This document shows, one piece after another, positions 10,781-22,082 of a stretch of DNA of 64,000 nt (the first letter of the stretch is position 1; each line of letters starts with the position of its first letter). The translations under genes were made by a program, and so were the position numbers. Source of the stretch: a virus (taxonomy: Duplodnaviria > Caudoviricetes); IMG/VR virus record IMGVR_UViG_3300007513_000003. The stretch is one strand, 5' to 3'. Below the pieces are notes generated by a model. It saw nothing but the letters and a program-made list of their open reading frames with translations, did no database searches and was not told the origin of the DNA.

Positions 10781-11008
10781 ATGGTGACATCACATGCAAA
10801 GTTTCCGTGGAAAGTTGAAAAGGGAGACGTAATTAAAAATCAAGAGTTTAAAGAGGCAGTTAAAATATATAAAAGTGTAAAAGTATGGTGTGAATCAAAC
10901 TGTAAGGGTGAATATAAAGTCGACGACCGAGTTTATGCCCACGGCGTAAGGGTAGATTTTAAACGCCCAACAGAAGCATCATTATTTGAAGAACACTTTA
11001 ACTCATGA
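10781..11008 (+). CDS. hypothetical protein
   Basis: AGGAGG RBS; ATGA overlap with the next gene. Confidence 0.65.
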   Translation: MVTSHAKFPWKVEKGDVIKNQEFKEAVKIYKSVKVWCESNCKGEYKVDDRVYAHGVRVDFKRPTEASLFEEHFNS

Positions 11009-11931
11009 CTGAAATCATCGACATTGCGGACTTAGACTGCATATATCTAACATACGATGAACCACAAAAGGATGAGTTTTGGGCAAAGATACTTAATATG
11101 GTTCCGTGGGCAAAACACGTTGACGGTGTTTATGGTTCTGATGCGGCACATAAAGCGGCGGCAGAAGCAAGTGACACAGAACGGTTTGTTTTGATTGACG
11201 GAGACAATATGCCTGACCCGGAGTTCTTTAACCTTCAAATTACATTAGATAACGATACAAAAGATTGCGTTTTTAGATGGAAGGGACGTAATGTTATAAA
11301 CGGACTAATGTACGGCAATGGTGGTTTAAGTTGTTGGCCAGTTGAGTTTGTAATGAACATGAAATCACATGAAAACACTGATGGCAGAGATGAAACATTG
11401 GTTGAATTTTGTTTTGATGACAAATATAGAGCAATGCATAACTGCTACAGTACAACATATCCAAATGGATCCGAACTTCATGCGTGGAGGGCAGGCTTTA
11501 GAGAAGGCGTCAAGATGGTGCTGGATAAAGGATCCCGCCCCAGTCTCGATACATTTGAGAAACAAATACATGCTCGTAATTACGATAATCTATGTATTTG
11601 GCAAACAGTAGGACGCGATGTTGAACACGGCATTTGGGCAATATATGGAGCACGTTTAGGCACGTTTTTAACCATGCTTGCAGATTGGGATTATATAAAT
11701 GTAAGAGACTTTAAGTATCTTACAGAATTGTTTAATGCGGAACACGCAGACAAAGATCCAGAAGCAGAAGCAAGAAGGTTGGGCGAAATACTACAAAACA
11801 AATTAGGTATGCCTATATGCGAAATGGATGCTGAATCAAGTAAGTTTTTTAAAGAGCACTATAGCACACACAAAAACTATGATATCATGATCCAGGAGTT
11901 AGATGTAATACGCCAAATTGAAGGCTGGTAA
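11005..11931 (+). CDS. glycosyltransferase family 2-like protein
   Basis: IYLTYDEP...HKAAA..S.TERFVLIDGDN (DxD) GT-A pattern. Confidence 0.6.
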   Translation: MTEIIDIADLDCIYLTYDEPQKDEFWAKILNMVPWAKHVDGVYGSDAAHKAAAEASDTERFVLIDGDNMPDPEFFNLQITLDNDTKDCVFRWKGRNVINGLMYGNGGLSCWPVEFVMNMKSHENTDGRDETLVEFCFDDKYRAMHNCYSTTYPNGSELHAWRAGFREGVKMVLDKGSRPSLDTFEKQIHARNYDNLCIWQTVGRDVEHGIWAIYGARLGTFLTMLADWDYINVRDFKYLTELFNAEHADKDPEAEARRLGEILQNKLGMPICEMDAESSKFFKEHYSTHKNYDIMIQELDVIRQIEGW

Positions 11932-13373
11932 TGGAACTATACAAGGACAATAAGGGCGATAAAGTAGAAGTTGAAGATGGGAAATTTAAATCGGACTTTT
12001 ACAAAAGCGCAGAAAATATTACAGAGCAATTAGACTCTGTATCACCGTCCTTTTGCCTTGCTAAATGGAATCAAGTTAGTTTACATTTACCAACTGGATT
12101 AAACAACAGTTGCTACCACCCACCACTACACAAAATAGACGCAGAAGAAGTTAAACAAAATCCATCTGCTTTACATAATACGCAACACAAGAAACAAATG
12201 CGTAAGTTAATGCTAGAAGGAGAACGTCCAAAAGAATGCCAGTATTGTTGGAACATTGAAGATACTGGGCATATGAGCGACAGGCATTATAGAAGTGGCG
12301 AGCCATGGGCACACATGGACTTTGAAACTATACTTAATGCTCCGTGGAATGCAGACAAAAACCCACGCTATGTTGAAGTTAACTTTAATCATAATTGCAA
12401 TCTAAAGTGTAGTTACTGTTCACCACAGTTTAGCACATCGTGGGAAAAGGAAATGAAGCAGTATGGTGCATGGCCCACAAAAACACCACATAACGCACCT
12501 GAACATTTTACTGGCGACAGAGCATGTATTCCACATAGTCATTATAATCCACATGTAGAAGCATTTTGGAAATGGTGGCCCGACTTATATAAAGATTTAA
12601 AACACTTTAGAATGACTGGCGGCGAACCAATGATGGATAAAAATACTTACAAAGTATTTGATTACATTAATGAGCATCCAAAAAGCGATTTACATCTTAA
12701 CGTAACGAGTAACTTCTCAGTAGAGGATAAACTGTTTAACAAATATATTGAAGCAATTAAACCTATTTGCTTAGATGAAAAAGTAGAACACTTTATGCAA
12801 TATGTTAGCGTTGACACGTGGATGGAGCAAGCGGAATATATACGCAATGGATTAGATTTTAATAGAATGTGGGACAACGTTAATAGATTTTTAACAGAAG
12901 TTCCATATAGAAACAGCGTTACGTTTATTATTACATATAATAATTTAAGTGTAACAGGCATGGATAAACTGTTAGCCGCTATACATGGTTTAAGACAAAT
13001 ATATAGCGAGACTTACCAACGAGTGTGGTTTGATACTCCACTGTTGAGACAACCACGTTGGCAAAGCATACAATTATTGCCCGAAGCATACCAAATGATA
13101 CATGACGACAACATTTGTTGGATGTTGGATAATATGGAAGACGAAAAAACACGCTTTAAGGGATTTAAAGATTATGAAGTTCAACGTATGCAACGTGACT
13201 TGGCGTGGTGGCAAGAAGGTAGTAATTTAGACGAGCACTATGTAAAAGACTGTAAAGCAGATTTTTATAGGTTTTTTAACGAACACGATAAACGCCGAGG
13301 AACAAACTTCCTCGAAACTTTCCCCGAAATGATAGATTGGTGGGAAGAATGTAAGAGGTTGGCGCAATCGTGA
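11931..13373 (+). CDS. radical SAM protein with N-terminal SPASM/twitch domain
   Basis: CNLKCSYC; FRMTGGEP; N-terminal FCLAKW..SC..P...CQYCW. Confidence 0.9.
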   Translation: MELYKDNKGDKVEVEDGKFKSDFYKSAENITEQLDSVSPSFCLAKWNQVSLHLPTGLNNSCYHPPLHKIDAEEVKQNPSALHNTQHKKQMRKLMLEGERPKECQYCWNIEDTGHMSDRHYRSGEPWAHMDFETILNAPWNADKNPRYVEVNFNHNCNLKCSYCSPQFSTSWEKEMKQYGAWPTKTPHNAPEHFTGDRACIPHSHYNPHVEAFWKWWPDLYKDLKHFRMTGGEPMMDKNTYKVFDYINEHPKSDLHLNVTSNFSVEDKLFNKYIEAIKPICLDEKVEHFMQYVSVDTWMEQAEYIRNGLDFNRMWDNVNRFLTEVPYRNSVTFIITYNNLSVTGMDKLLAAIHGLRQIYSETYQRVWFDTPLLRQPRWQSIQLLPEAYQMIHDDNICWMLDNMEDEKTRFKGFKDYEVQRMQRDLAWWQEGSNLDEHYVKDCKADFYRFFNEHDKRRGTNFLETFPEMIDWWEECKRLAQS

Positions 13374-14389
13374 AAAATGAATTTAACTGGCCACTGTGGC
13401 ATTGGCATATTGAACTTAGTAGTTTATGTACGTTAAAATGTCCTAGATGTTCTAGAACAGAAAAACCACAAACATTAGAAAGAGATAATTTAACATTAGG
13501 CTTTTTTACAAAAAACTTTACTAAGGATATCTTAACACAAATAAAAAGAATTACATTGTGTGGCTACGACGGTGATCCAATTTACAATAGAGAATTTATA
13601 GAGATTTGTGAATATTTTAAAACTATTAATCCTAAAATAGAGTTAAGTATTGTTACCAATGGTAGTTACAAACCAGTAGTATGGTGGGAAAGATTGGCTA
13701 AAGTATTAAACAAATACGATCAGGTGCATTTTAGTTTGGATGGTTATGATCAAGAAAGTAATGAGAAATATAGAATAAATTGTGATTGGAATAGTATAAT
13801 GGAAGGCGTAAATGCATTAAGAAAAAAACCTGTTAGATTAGTATGGGATATGATATATTTTTCTTTTAATTATAAACATGAAGATCATATGATAGCACTT
13901 GCAAAGGAACTAAATTTTGATGCTATAAGACAAACTAAAAGTAATAAGTTTAATTTTTATTATCAACACTATGATAATTCTTTAGATCCTATAGAAGATT
14001 ACATTAGTAAATCTGGTAGATACGAAAGTAATACCATACGTCTTACAAAAAGGAAAATATACGATGATAGTTTTAAGACAGCAGTACAGTTATATAAAAA
14101 GCAATCTTTGGTGGGTGATTTAATACCTTATTGCTTTATAGGTACAAAAGGGTTATTCATTGATAGCAGAGGATATTTTTATCCGTGTTGCTGGATTATT
14201 AATAGATATAATGATGAGGCATATAAAAACTGGTTGACGCATGACAAGAACATAAAACAACGTGGGTTAGAATCAGTATTAAACAATCCTTGTTGGAAAG
14301 AATTTATAGAAAACATACCTAAGTTGGATATATGTAATTTAAAATGTAAATCAACTGAGGTTAATAAAGAAACAGTAATGAGGTTTTAA
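13370..14389 (+). CDS. radical SAM protein with C-terminal SPASM/twitch domain
   Basis: CTLKCPRC near the N-terminus; GDP, TNGS, SLDG; C-terminal PYC..IDSRG..YPCC. Confidence 0.9.
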   Translation: MKNEFNWPLWHWHIELSSLCTLKCPRCSRTEKPQTLERDNLTLGFFTKNFTKDILTQIKRITLCGYDGDPIYNREFIEICEYFKTINPKIELSIVTNGSYKPVVWWERLAKVLNKYDQVHFSLDGYDQESNEKYRINCDWNSIMEGVNALRKKPVRLVWDMIYFSFNYKHEDHMIALAKELNFDAIRQTKSNKFNFYYQHYDNSLDPIEDYISKSGRYESNTIRLTKRKIYDDSFKTAVQLYKKQSLVGDLIPYCFIGTKGLFIDSRGYFYPCCWIINRYNDEAYKNWLTHDKNIKQRGLESVLNNPCWKEFIENIPKLDICNLKCKSTEVNKETVMRF

Positions 14390-15757
14390 ATGACACTAAG
14401 AAAACCGGGTAGAGAGACCGATTTAGAGGTCAAAAAATGGCTAAATAATACTATAAGTCCATCTTTTTGTATGGCAAAATGGAGGAACGCTACAATATGG
14501 TTAGGAAGTGGAATGACAACAAGTTGTCATCACCCGCCTGCCCACGAAATAGATGTAACAGAACTTCAATCCAATCCAGCCGCTATCCATAACACATTCC
14601 AAAAAAAGAAAGATCGACACAATATGCTAATGGGACAACGTCCTGCTGGCTGTGAGTATTGTTGGAAGATTGAAGATATTGGGCCCGATGCTATTTCGGA
14701 TCGTGTCCATAAATCAGTCATTTATGACGAGGAGGATGTTAATTATGTCAAAGACAAATTACCGACAGAAAATTTTGCACTTCGCACTCTTGAGACCGCC
14801 TTTGATCGGACTTGCAACTTTAGCTGTTCTTACTGTAATCCTGCTTTTAGTAGTTCCTGGGTAAAGGATATCAAAAAAGATGGACCGTACGAAAATCTAA
14901 TTAGCGACGGTCGTAATCATTTTACTCATACCCACCCTTCTGCTCAATTATACAAAAAGGATGAAACTAATCCTTATGTTGAAGCGTTCTGGAAGTGGTG
15001 GGATGAGGAATTACACGAAACACTTGATGAACTTCGTATTACTGGTGGCGAACCATTGATGTCTGACGACATATGGAAACTATTTGAATGGTTTAAAAAT
15101 AGTGACAGGCAAACAAATATGCGTTTTGCTATTAACAGTAATCTGGGTGCCAAAGACGAACTATTAGATAGATTTATTGAAAATGCACAGCATGTTCCGC
15201 ACTTGCATTTATATACAAGTTGTGAAGCGATGGGCGTACAAGCAGAATATATACGTGATGGATTAGAGTGGAATAGATGGGTGAGTAATTGCCACAGAGC
15301 CTGTACCGAAGGAAACCTTGAAGGTTTTCATATGATGTGTACAATTAACGCATTGTGTTTAAACTCTCTTCCACAATTTTTACAGCAACAATTGGAATTT
15401 AAAGAAGAGTACGGATCGAGCTTTCCAACATTTACATTAAATATTTTACGTTTTCCAAGTTTCCAATCTCCGTTGGTATTGCCGAAAGAAATACTTGCGG
15501 AGTTTAGAGGGGATATACAAGGTTGGTATAGAAAAGCAAAGAAAAATAAGTTGATGCATGAAATGGAACGCAATCACGTAGAGCGTTTAATAGATTATTT
15601 AGATGTGGTAGAAACACCGCACAGCGATACATTTGAAAAACCAGCATTGCATAATGATTTTTATCATTTCTACAAACAATATGATGAGCGTAGAAGAAAG
15701 AATTTTGTAGAAACGTTTCCACGCCTAGCAGATTGGTATAATAGTTTAAATGGATAA
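14390..15757 (+). CDS. radical SAM protein with N-terminal twitch domain
   Basis: CNFSCSYC; ITGGEP; FCMAKW..SCHHP..CEYCW. Confidence 0.9.
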   Translation: MTLRKPGRETDLEVKKWLNNTISPSFCMAKWRNATIWLGSGMTTSCHHPPAHEIDVTELQSNPAAIHNTFQKKKDRHNMLMGQRPAGCEYCWKIEDIGPDAISDRVHKSVIYDEEDVNYVKDKLPTENFALRTLETAFDRTCNFSCSYCNPAFSSSWVKDIKKDGPYENLISDGRNHFTHTHPSAQLYKKDETNPYVEAFWKWWDEELHETLDELRITGGEPLMSDDIWKLFEWFKNSDRQTNMRFAINSNLGAKDELLDRFIENAQHVPHLHLYTSCEAMGVQAEYIRDGLEWNRWVSNCHRACTEGNLEGFHMMCTINALCLNSLPQFLQQQLEFKEEYGSSFPTFTLNILRFPSFQSPLVLPKEILAEFRGDIQGWYRKAKKNKLMHEMERNHVERLIDYLDVVETPHSDTFEKPALHNDFYHFYKQYDERRRKNFVETFPRLADWYNSLNG

Positions 15758-17063
15758 AGGATTTTTAGACGAAGATAATCCGTTTGATAGTAAGACGTTG
15801 TTACTTGATAGAAACAAACAACGATTACAAAAGAGTGATTTTACGCAATTACAGTATGAACTGTTAGCACATAGTAAACACTTCTGTATGCTGCCGTGGA
15901 TACATTTACACGGTTGGTCACAAGGCGAAGCATATCCTTGCTGTATGGCAGAGATGAATGAAACAGTAGGAAATTTACGCGACAATACTTTAGAAGAAGT
16001 ATGGAACGGTGAAAGCATGAGACAAATGCGTCTTAATATGCTACAAGATAAACCTAGCGAGCAATGCGTAAAATGTTATGAGAAAGAGGACAATGGCTTT
16101 TTTAGTTTGCGTAATGAAAGCAATAGAAACTTTGCGTATGCTGTAGATTATATAGATAGCACACAAACAGATGGCAGTGCTGATCCGAATATTATATATT
16201 GGGATATGCGGTTTAATAATTTATGTAATTTTAGTTGTAGAATGTGTGGCCCGCAGTTTAGTAGTAATTGGGTTAAAGAGTTTAATCGCATATATGGGCA
16301 AGACTTAAAGATTGAATATACACGTGGCAATAAAGAATTAAATTGGGAAATGGTAGAACCATATATAGATAACTTACATAAAATATACTTTGCTGGCGGA
16401 GAACCGCTAATGATGGAAGAACACTGGCGCTTAATAGATGAACTATTAAAACGCGGCAAAACAAATGTAGAGTTAATGTATAACACAAACTTTAGTGAAA
16501 CGAAGTATAAAAGCAGAAACGTATTTGAAATATGGAAAGAGTTTGAAACAGTATCAGTAGGTGCAAGTTTAGACGCGATAGGTGCAAGAGCAGAGTATAT
16601 ACGCAAAGGAACTAATTGGGATAAAATAGTTCGCAACAGAGAAGAAATGTTGGATATATGTCCTACAGTAGACTTTTTTCCAAGTGCTACACTGCAGGTA
16701 TTAAATGCATATCATATTGTAGATTTCCATAATGATTGGATGCATCGTGGCCTTATTAAGGCGTATGACTTTCATATTAATATATTACAAGGACCAGACT
16801 ATTATAGACTAACTATCTTGCCACAACATATGAGAGAAGAAGTAATAAAATTATATAAAGAGCATTTAGTAAACATTGCCGAAGCAGATGATATCAAACG
16901 TGCTACAAATGGATTTGAAGGCGCCATACACTTTTTAGAGAACGAAGATAGAACAGACTTATTACCAAAGTTTAGAGAGGAAATACATAAGTTTGATAGA
17001 TTTAGAAATGAAGATATGGTAGAAGTATTTCCAGAATTAAAGGAGTTAATGGATGGATTATAA
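15750..17063 (+). CDS. radical SAM protein with N-terminal twitch domain
   Basis: CNFSCRMC; FAGGEP; FCMLPW..YPCC..CVKCY. Confidence 0.9.
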   Translation: MDKGFLDEDNPFDSKTLLLDRNKQRLQKSDFTQLQYELLAHSKHFCMLPWIHLHGWSQGEAYPCCMAEMNETVGNLRDNTLEEVWNGESMRQMRLNMLQDKPSEQCVKCYEKEDNGFFSLRNESNRNFAYAVDYIDSTQTDGSADPNIIYWDMRFNNLCNFSCRMCGPQFSSNWVKEFNRIYGQDLKIEYTRGNKELNWEMVEPYIDNLHKIYFAGGEPLMMEEHWRLIDELLKRGKTNVELMYNTNFSETKYKSRNVFEIWKEFETVSVGASLDAIGARAEYIRKGTNWDKIVRNREEMLDICPTVDFFPSATLQVLNAYHIVDFHNDWMHRGLIKAYDFHINILQGPDYYRLTILPQHMREEVIKLYKEHLVNIAEADDIKRATNGFEGAIHFLENEDRTDLLPKFREEIHKFDRFRNEDMVEVFPELKELMDGL

Positions 17064-18306
17064 TGAAAAAAAGCCGTTGAAAGTTCAACTTGAGGATCTA
17101 TCACCACAAGAACAATTCAATCTCTTAGAAAATCCTACGTTTTGTATCTATCCCTGGACTCATATACATGCTTATCCTGATTCCTCTGTGCATCTTTGCT
17201 GTATGTCAGATATGAATATGCCAGTTGGTGATTTAAAAGATAATACTTTGGAAGAGATTTGGCACGGCGAGAAAATGCAAAATATACGTGATAGAATGTT
17301 TAAAGGATTGCACCTTAAAGAATGTAGTAAATGCTATGAACAAGATAAAAACGGATTCATGAGTGGTAGAGTAAGTGCAAATAAACATTTTGGACATCAT
17401 ATTAATAAAACAAAATCACATAACGTTGATCCAAATTTTGAAATTGTGTATTGGGACGTTCGCTTTAGTAATATGTGTAACTTCCGTTGTCGCACTTGCG
17501 GACCACTGTTTAGTTCTAATTGGTATAGTGATGCCGTTAAGTTAGGACAAACGCCAAATCATCCCAAAGTAATACGATGTGGTGATGACAAAGACTTTTA
17601 TGAAGAAGCAAAGCGACATATGCCATACATTGAGCAATTTTATTTTGCGGGTGGTGAACCACTTACAATGGTTGAGCATTGGAAAATTTTAGAAGAACTT
17701 ATACGACAAGAGCGTTTTGATGTAAAACTTATTTACAACACTAATATGAGCGAAATGAAGTTTAAAGGAAAAAGTATTTTTGAAATGTGGAAACATTTTG
17801 ATAGTGTTAGTGTCGGCGCAAGTTTGGATGGCATGGGCAAACGTGCCGAGTATATACGTAAAGGAACTATTTGGAAAGAGACTGAACAAAATAGATTTGA
17901 AATGTTAGAAATTTGTCCTAACGTGGATTTTTATATTAGTTGCACGTTAAGCATAATGAACAGTTTCCATATGCCAGACTTTCATCGTGATTGGATGGAT
18001 AGAGGTTTAATACAAGCACAAGACTTTAACATAAACATATTAATGAATCCACCACACTATCGCATAGACAATCTACCAAATAATCTTAAAGAAAAACTAA
18101 TCGCTAAATACAAAGAGCATATTGAATATATTAGACCGTTGGACGGCTTGCAACGAGCAACAAACGGTTATGAAAGTGCTATTAACTTTATTAATCAACC
18201 TGCCAACGAACAATTGCTACAAGACTTTTTAAAACTAACCAACCAAGTAGACGATGTAAGAAATGAAAACTTTAAAGAAACATTTCCAGAGTTGAGTGAA
18301 CTATGA
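17053..18306 (+). CDS. radical SAM protein with N-terminal twitch domain
   Basis: CNFRCRTC; FAGGEP; FCIYPW..LCC..CSKCY. Confidence 0.9.
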   Translation: MDYNEKKPLKVQLEDLSPQEQFNLLENPTFCIYPWTHIHAYPDSSVHLCCMSDMNMPVGDLKDNTLEEIWHGEKMQNIRDRMFKGLHLKECSKCYEQDKNGFMSGRVSANKHFGHHINKTKSHNVDPNFEIVYWDVRFSNMCNFRCRTCGPLFSSNWYSDAVKLGQTPNHPKVIRCGDDKDFYEEAKRHMPYIEQFYFAGGEPLTMVEHWKILEELIRQERFDVKLIYNTNMSEMKFKGKSIFEMWKHFDSVSVGASLDGMGKRAEYIRKGTIWKETEQNRFEMLEICPNVDFYISCTLSIMNSFHMPDFHRDWMDRGLIQAQDFNINILMNPPHYRIDNLPNNLKEKLIAKYKEHIEYIRPLDGLQRATNGYESAINFINQPANEQLLQDFLKLTNQVDDVRNENFKETFPELSEL

Positions 18307-19649
18307 ATGAAAAACTAAAAACTGTTATACATAAAGTAGACTCTTTTAAGGAAACACCTACACTATGCTACTTGCCCTTTATGCATATGGAAGCAGATGC
18401 TAAAGGATGGCTTAAACCTTGTTGTATGACAGAAGGGCCTGTGCGTAAAGAAGGAACAAATGAGCCGTATAATTTAAACAATGGCGACAATATTACAAAT
18501 GCGTTTAATAGTCCTGATATGCAAAAGTTACGACAAGACTTCTTAGACGGCAAAAAGCCTGAGATTTGCAAAAAGTGTTGGGATGAGGAAGACGCTGGAT
18601 TGGAAAGTAAACGTATAAATTGGGCACACTACTTTACACATCACTTGCCTGAAATGCGTGATATTTTTAGTAAAGATATTACAGAAAATGATATTGCATA
18701 TTTAGACTTAAAGTTAGGAACTATTTGTAATTTAAAATGTAGAATATGCGGATCATGGAGTAGTAGCAAATGGGCGCAAGAAGAAATAGAATTAGATATA
18801 AAGTTCCATGGACTTAAAAAAGAAGATGCAAAAAAATCATCAGCATATTACTATCTAAAGCAAGGCGAATGGCCACGCAAAAGTCCGCAATTTTGGGAAG
18901 ACCTAAAGGAAATATTGCCTAACGTAAAGCATTTAGAGTTTACAGGCGGTGAACCCTGGATGATTAAAGAACACTTTACAGTATTAGAAACATTAATTGA
19001 ATCCGGACACGCAAAAAATATAAATATTCATTATAATACAAATGGCACTCAGTTGCCAAAAGATGAATTTCATGATATTTTACCACATTTTAAACATTGT
19101 AGAATATCTTTTAGTGTAGATGATATTGGCGATAAATTTGAATACCAACGTTATGGTGCAAAATGGGATGAAGTAAACAGTAATATACTGTATATTTCTG
19201 AGAACAAAACCAGTAACATGGAAACAGAAATATGCACTACATTTAACTTGTTTAATTTCCATAACATAACAGATGTTGCAGACTGGGTTAAAGAAATTAA
19301 AGACTTAGATTCTTGGTATCTAAATTTAATGCATTATCCCAAACATTTTAATATACAAATGCATTCACCTGAAGTAAAAGATATTATTGCAAATAAGTTA
19401 AGAGCATATAATTGGCAAGAGTTAATAGATAAAAACTTTGATAACGTAAAAGAAGTAGAGTCTTTAATTTCTTATATGTATAGTGAAGATCTTAGAAAGG
19501 AAAAAGATGGTGAAGAATATCTAGACACCATGTTACATACCATTATCTGTAAAGTAGATAGTGTAAGAAGCAAAACTTTAAATGATGTTGATTCTGTGTT
19601 AGCAGAATTCATAAATTATGACTATAAAAAATGGATACAAAATATTTAA
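18303..19649 (+). CDS. radical SAM protein with N-terminal twitch domain
   Basis: CNLKCRIC; FTGGEP; LCYLPF..KPCC..CKKCW. Confidence 0.9.
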   Translation: MNEKLKTVIHKVDSFKETPTLCYLPFMHMEADAKGWLKPCCMTEGPVRKEGTNEPYNLNNGDNITNAFNSPDMQKLRQDFLDGKKPEICKKCWDEEDAGLESKRINWAHYFTHHLPEMRDIFSKDITENDIAYLDLKLGTICNLKCRICGSWSSSKWAQEEIELDIKFHGLKKEDAKKSSAYYYLKQGEWPRKSPQFWEDLKEILPNVKHLEFTGGEPWMIKEHFTVLETLIESGHAKNINIHYNTNGTQLPKDEFHDILPHFKHCRISFSVDDIGDKFEYQRYGAKWDEVNSNILYISENKTSNMETEICTTFNLFNFHNITDVADWVKEIKDLDSWYLNLMHYPKHFNIQMHSPEVKDIIANKLRAYNWQELIDKNFDNVKEVESLISYMYSEDLRKEKDGEEYLDTMLHTIICKVDSVRSKTLNDVDSVLAEFINYDYKKWIQNI

Positions 19650-20767
19650 CCCTTGTTCGAAAAACCGGCGGTAATTTCTCCTTAAAAAATAAGTATAGAA
19701 ATAAAGTCGACTTATCTGCTAAAAATTTTACATGTATTCTTCCTGAAACCAACATGACGATGGATAAAGATGGATATATTTTTATATGTAGTTGTGAAGG
19801 ATTCTTACCTTATCCTGTTGGCCATATTTTTGATTTTTATAGATTGCATGATATATGGAACAACCCAGTTGCTAAAAAACTACAAGAAAACACAAAAGCA
19901 GGATCAACATTTAAATTTTGTGATCTAAAACATTGTCATGGCCCTTTTGAGGAGGAGGATCCATTTCATGATTTTACAATTAATATAACAACGGATGATA
20001 GTTGCAATTTACAGTGCCCTAGTTGCAGAAATGAACTGATGTATTATAAATCTGGAAAACAGTTTGAAAAGAAAAAAAGTTATGTAAAAAAATTCTTAGA
20101 ACTTTTGGACAAATATAAAGGATCAGTACTTATAGAATTCGCCGGCGGTGAACCTTTTGCTAGTAAAATATATAGTGAAATTATATATAATTATAAACCA
20201 AATCCAAAACATCGTTTTACAATTAGATCAAATGCAACATTAATAGATCAATCCAAGTTTGAAACATCTACTATGTTAAAAAATAATATACAAGAATTTT
20301 CAATAAGCATTGATGCAGGCACTAAGGACGTATATAACATTGTTAGACCTCCTGGCAAATGGGAAACTGTTCTAGATAATTTACAATTTTTGAAAGATAA
20401 TAATTATGTATTTCATATGACTTTTGTTGTGCAAAAAAATAATTTTAAAGATATTATAAATTTTATAAATCTTTGCGAAAAGTTTGAAGTTAAAGGATTT
20501 CTTAACCCTGTACACGATTGGGGCACGGCGTGGGGCATAACATGGCCAGTGGTAGATCAGAATAACGGCTTGACGGAAGCAGACCGCTACACAAATTTTA
20601 AAAGACAACAAGTATTCATGCCTGACCACGAATTATATGATGAATGGGTTAAAATCTATAATAATATCATAACACATCCGTGGTTTCACGCTCCGGAAGT
20701 ACCTCCGATCACTTTCAACAGAAATATAAGCATTAGTAAAGATTCATTATTAATACCCAAAAAATAA
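19631..20767 (+). CDS. radical SAM protein with N-terminal SPASM-like domain
   Basis: CNLQCPSC; FAGGEPF; SIDAG; N-terminal TC.LP..FICSC. Confidence 0.88.
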   Translation: MDTKYLTLVRKTGGNFSLKNKYRNKVDLSAKNFTCILPETNMTMDKDGYIFICSCEGFLPYPVGHIFDFYRLHDIWNNPVAKKLQENTKAGSTFKFCDLKHCHGPFEEEDPFHDFTINITTDDSCNLQCPSCRNELMYYKSGKQFEKKKSYVKKFLELLDKYKGSVLIEFAGGEPFASKIYSEIIYNYKPNPKHRFTIRSNATLIDQSKFETSTMLKNNIQEFSISIDAGTKDVYNIVRPPGKWETVLDNLQFLKDNNYVFHMTFVVQKNNFKDIINFINLCEKFEVKGFLNPVHDWGTAWGITWPVVDQNNGLTEADRYTNFKRQQVFMPDHELYDEWVKIYNNIITHPWFHAPEVPPITFNRNISISKDSLLIPKK

Positions 20768-20768
20768 A

Positions 20769-22082
20769 ATGAAAAAAATACAAAAACCAGAAACAATGTG
20801 TATGGCACCGTGGGTGCATACTTACCTAAGTCCACAAACAGAACGTAGATTGTGTTGCGCTTCACGCGAGCCTGCACAAAGCTTTAAGCAATATATAGAC
20901 ACTGAAGCCGGCACAGGTGAATATAATCCAATATCATTAGAAGAACATTGGAATAGTGAATATATGAAAAGTGTACGTAGAGCACACATGGCGGGAGAAG
21001 AAATAGATGCTTGCCAAGTATGTAATAAAAAATTACTAAACACTGACGTATATAGAGATTATTTTTGGAATTTATTTAAACACAAATACGACGAAGTGAT
21101 AGCAAGTACAGACGAAACAGGCTACACTACAATGAAGCCAGTAAGTTGGGATTATCGCTTTAGTAATTTATGTAATTTTAAATGTCGTATGTGTGGCGAT
21201 ATGTTAAGTAGTAGTTGGGAAACAGAACAACGTAACAACAACATGATTGATTACAGTAATCCAAAAAATAATTGGATGGACCCAACTGTAAGAAAACAAA
21301 TAAGCGAGGTTCAATCGCAAGTAGTAGAAAAAGAATTTGCTGATGCAGTAGCAAATGGCAAAGTAGAAGAGATATACTGGGTAGGTGGCGAACCTCTAAT
21401 GTTTGAAGAACATTGGAAGTATATGAAACAAATTATAGAACAAGGACACGGAAGTAAAGTATACGCAAGATATAATACAAACTTATCTCGTATAGAGTAT
21501 AAAGGAACGCATTTGTTTAGAAATATACTAGACAATATACGCGACTGGCAAATATGTGCATCAATTGATGGTACAGGTGCTATAGGAGAATACATACGCG
21601 ATGGTTTAGATTGGAGTAAGTTTTTACACTATTATAAACAAGGTATGGCGGCACAAAAGCATCCAAACCAAATGCGTTTAGACTTTACTTTAACCTTACC
21701 TGGATTATATGAAGTAAAAAATATGTTTGAATTAAGTAAGGAGTTAGATACGATGTTATTAGCAAAAGTTACTTTTGCTTTTACACCGGACATTATAATG
21801 AGTCCATTGTGTTTACCACGTAACTTATTAAACGACAAAGTAGATCAATTATTAGAAGAATGTAAGGAGGCAACATGGAAACAACAACCGCTAATAGATG
21901 TATTAAAAAATCTAAAAGAAAGACCAACTTTCCAAGAAGAGTGGTCCGACGAGTACGAACAAGGCATCTTGAAAGGCAAACAACGCATGGCAAAAATTGA
22001 CAATCTGCGTAAAACCAGTTATACTATAGATAATATTTTGAATGGCGAGATTTTAGAATGGTGGAAGACGATAAAAGTTTAG
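20769..22082 (+). CDS. radical SAM protein with N-terminal twitch domain
   Basis: CNFKCRMC; VGGEP; MCMAPW..LCC..CQVC. Confidence 0.9.
   Translation: MKKIQKPETMCMAPWVHTYLSPQTERRLCCASREPAQSFKQYIDTEAGTGEYNPISLEEHWNSEYMKSVRRAHMAGEEIDACQVCNKKLLNTDVYRDYFWNLFKHKYDEVIASTDETGYTTMKPVSWDYRFSNLCNFKCRMCGDMLSSSWETEQRNNNMIDYSNPKNNWMDPTVRKQISEVQSQVVEKEFADAVANGKVEEIYWVGGEPLMFEEHWKYMKQIIEQGHGSKVYARYNTNLSRIEYKGTHLFRNILDNIRDWQICASIDGTGAIGEYIRDGLDWSKFLHYYKQGMAAQKHPNQMRLDFTLTLPGLYEVKNMFELSKELDTMLLAKVTFAFTPDIIMSPLCLPRNLLNDKVDQLLEECKEATWKQQPLIDVLKNLKERPTFQEEWSDEYEQGILKGKQRMAKIDNLRKTSYTIDNILNGEILEWWKTIKV

Noticed and set aside
11931-22082. Radical SAM array as a classical RiPP (ranthipeptide/PQQ/mycofactocin) cluster
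   Set aside because: No short precursor peptide, RRE/PqqD domain, protease or exporter is visible; the neighbours are sugar enzymes.
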